A stretch of DNA of 64,000 bases from Spongospora subterranea f. sp. subterranea (lineage: Eukaryota). The stretch's first letter is position 1. Each line of letters opens with the position of its first letter. Both the position numbers and the translations under genes were made by a program. Below the pieces are notes generated by a model, which was given only the letters and a program-made list of their open reading frames with translations, ran no database searches and was not told the origin of the DNA. This document shows positions 61,620-64,000 of the stretch, one piece after another. The stretch spans positions 1-64,000 of the forward strand of contig JAUGWO010000081.1 in assembly GCA_049724395.1 (NCBI GenBank), written 5' to 3'.

Positions 61620-64000
61620 ATGGTATTGAATCTGATAATATTGATTTTTGGCGCCGGATTTCTCTTTCAACCACTGAATGGGTCCAAACCTGACCTTAAA
61701 GAGGCAATCGAAAAAGGGTCGCTATTGTGTTGTCCAATACTGTACTAAATGAATAATCGGATTATTTAGAGATAAAATTGCTGAGAAATTGGCCACGACA
61801 TTTGACCCGAGTACAGTTCCTCCCTATTACGTTAAACGTGGTATTGGTCGGAATCAGTATTGGAAACAGGCAAACCGCAGGTACAAGATCACCGTTCTCG
61901 ATTTAGCACTTCTCTACTGCCGGTAATTTCGACTTGACAATGGATTAAAGTTCCCATCACAATAGAAAAAATGTCGCCACTATTCTGATAGATAGAGGGG
62001 CCGACATATTCACACAGGATGAATTCGGGAATACTCCATTACACATCGCCACTGGTCAGGGCCTGTAATATATTCAACATGATATGTCATTTACCCCTTA
62101 TCTGACATTTTAATAGAAATATCGCGGTCATCAAGCTCTTGAACAAAATCAAAATCACAAAACCACAAGCTCTTGACCTGATAAACAACGACGCTGGTTA
62201 CACTCCACTCCATTTTGCAGTGAAATGTGATCGGTTGGTCGTATAGAGTGTTTAAGGGTGATCTGCTACTACTGATTGTTGAGGGGAGTGGTGATTAAGA
62301 CTCTGTTGGATGGAGGAGCCAATCCCATTATCGTTGATAAAAATGGCATACAGCACTGCACCTGGCAATCGAGCGAAACCTGTAGACTGCAAATAATCTG
62401 TGGAAATTGGAACTCATTTGATTGAGGTATCTCAGAAGTCAAGAGATCATTAATGATATAATTAAAGCGTCGAGGGCAAAGGCTGTCAATGTTCTGGGCC
62501 ATACTGAGATGACGAATCTCGCTGGGTGTTCGAGGGGAACAATGGATCATAATCGCCTGTATATTCTCAATAGGTGTGTTGAAATTTTCGAAATCGCTGA
62601 TGTTATCTAACAGGGACCGGAATGTCATCGGTGAAGCGGCGTCAGAAATATTCAACCTCAAGAACAATATGGGGCGCACTGCTCTCTCACTTGCAGTTTA
62701 TTATCGTCGGTTGGTCAATTTATTGGCTGAGTCTGGTTAGCGCCTTCAATGATGAGTTTCAGCGAGGAGGTTTCCCGAACTCTGCTAAATCTCGGTGCCG
62801 ATCCCACAATAATAAATATTGGTGGCAATACAGCACTGCACCTGGCGGTATATTATCAAATGTAGACTGCTACAATATGAGGAAATTGCAACTCATCTGA
62901 TTGAGATCTCACAGAAGTGATAAGATCATTATTGACATAATCAAAGCGGCGAGGGCGATTGCTGTCGATATTCTGAGCCATAATGAGATGACGGATCCCT
63001 CTGGGTATTCCAGTGGCACAATGACTCATGATTGCCTGTATATTTCCCAATAGGTGTTTTGAAATCATTTGAAGTCGTTGATCTGATCTCACAGGGGCCG
63101 AAATGTCATCGGTGAAGGGACGTCAGAAATAATGAACCTCAGGAATCATGAGGGGGAAACTGCTTTCTGCATTGCAGTTGAATTTTATAGGTTGGTCAAA
63201 TTTACTGTCCTGTTCTAATCGTCCACATCAATGATGGAGTCATCAATGATGGAGTCTGTGTATGTCCAGTGGTAAAATCGCCAACATTCTTTTCTTAATG
63301 GTGCCAATCCCACTATATCGGATAACTATGGGGACTCACCATTGCACAAACGTTTGCCAAAAAGACATGTATGTCTCCCAAATCTTAACAAATATTAAAA
63401 TATTTACTGATGTGCTGGCAGGACAGAAGAAATGATAATTCTGATGATCGAAAATATCGATGTCAAGCACTTGAACAGGCGTGGAAACACTTTTCTCCAA
63501 ACTGCAATTATTTACAAACGGTTGGTCGTAATCGTTGTTGGATATTGATCAGCGCCTCAATAAACTGATAATCTAGGGAAGTTTTGGTCAAACATCTGTT
63601 GATCAGAGGCGCCGATCCTATCATTCCTGATCGTTATGGGAGTTCAGCTCTTCACCTGGCAATACAAAGCAGACTGTATTATGATCAGTTTGAATGTTGA
63701 TTTATCAAAATAGCTTATGAATATTTCTACAGAAGTGAGCAGATCATCACTGATATATTTGAAGCGGCAAATCCAAAGCCAATCCACCTTGTGCTCCAGA
63801 ATTCGATGACAACACGATTCTTCACATGTTTTATTCAACATTTGCGTCATCGCCTGTATATTGCTCATATATCGGTCTGGCACATCGAAGACCCTGATTT
63901 GATCTCATAGAATCCCAGAAGTCATCTCCAAAATACTCGCACTCTCATGCGACGCTATAATCAATTCGAGGAACCATGGCGGCCAAACTGCTGTCTTTTT
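61620..64000 (+). pseudogene. Signal-peptide ankyrin-repeat gene, multi-exon, degenerate; runs off the window
   Basis: MVLNLIILIFGAGFLFQPLNG, then repeated ANK exons (LIDRGAD..GNTPLHIA, LLDGGANP, GNTALHLAV, GETAF.IAV, LIRGADP) with frameshifts and stops. Confidence 0.75.

Noticed and set aside
1..64000. Fanzor/TnpB, tRNA, rRNA or telomeric repeats
   Set aside because: No RuvC/zinc-ribbon ORF next to the transposases, and no cloverleaf, rRNA or telomere-like motif recognised by eye.

Overview
Eukaryotic genomic DNA: genes have short GT-AG introns and there are no prokaryotic operons. Compact introns, moderate GC and signal-peptide ankyrin genes suggest a phytomyxid or similar biotrophic protist, but this is an unverified inference. 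The window alternates between transposon-rich and genic blocks. 0.1-11.9 kb: nested dead transposons (Tc1/mariner, Ty3/gypsy gag, a P-element-like element with 8-bp TSD, PIF/Harbinger, and a Mutator-like element with FLYWCH and Ulp1 remnants). 12.5-20.3 kb: four related small secreted-protein genes plus ankyrin remnants. 21-25 kb: an HMG-box gene and an MFS transporter. 25.8-36.4 kb: three histidine-phosphatase paralogs mixed with hAT and P-like remnants. 37-49 kb: a 40-bp satellite, a fold-back pair of pogo-like elements carrying a HIRAN-like second gene, and a MULE transposase split by a 200-bp tandem array. 52-64 kb: an R-SNARE, a cytosolic carboxypeptidase, two lipase-family genes, a 31-bp hairpin array and a secreted ankyrin pseudogene. 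The most striking features are the repeated fold-back (inverted) duplications of TE and gene fragments, the two-gene pogo element, and the secreted family sharing a W-x3-F/L helix. All calls are by eye and multi-exon boundaries are approximate.
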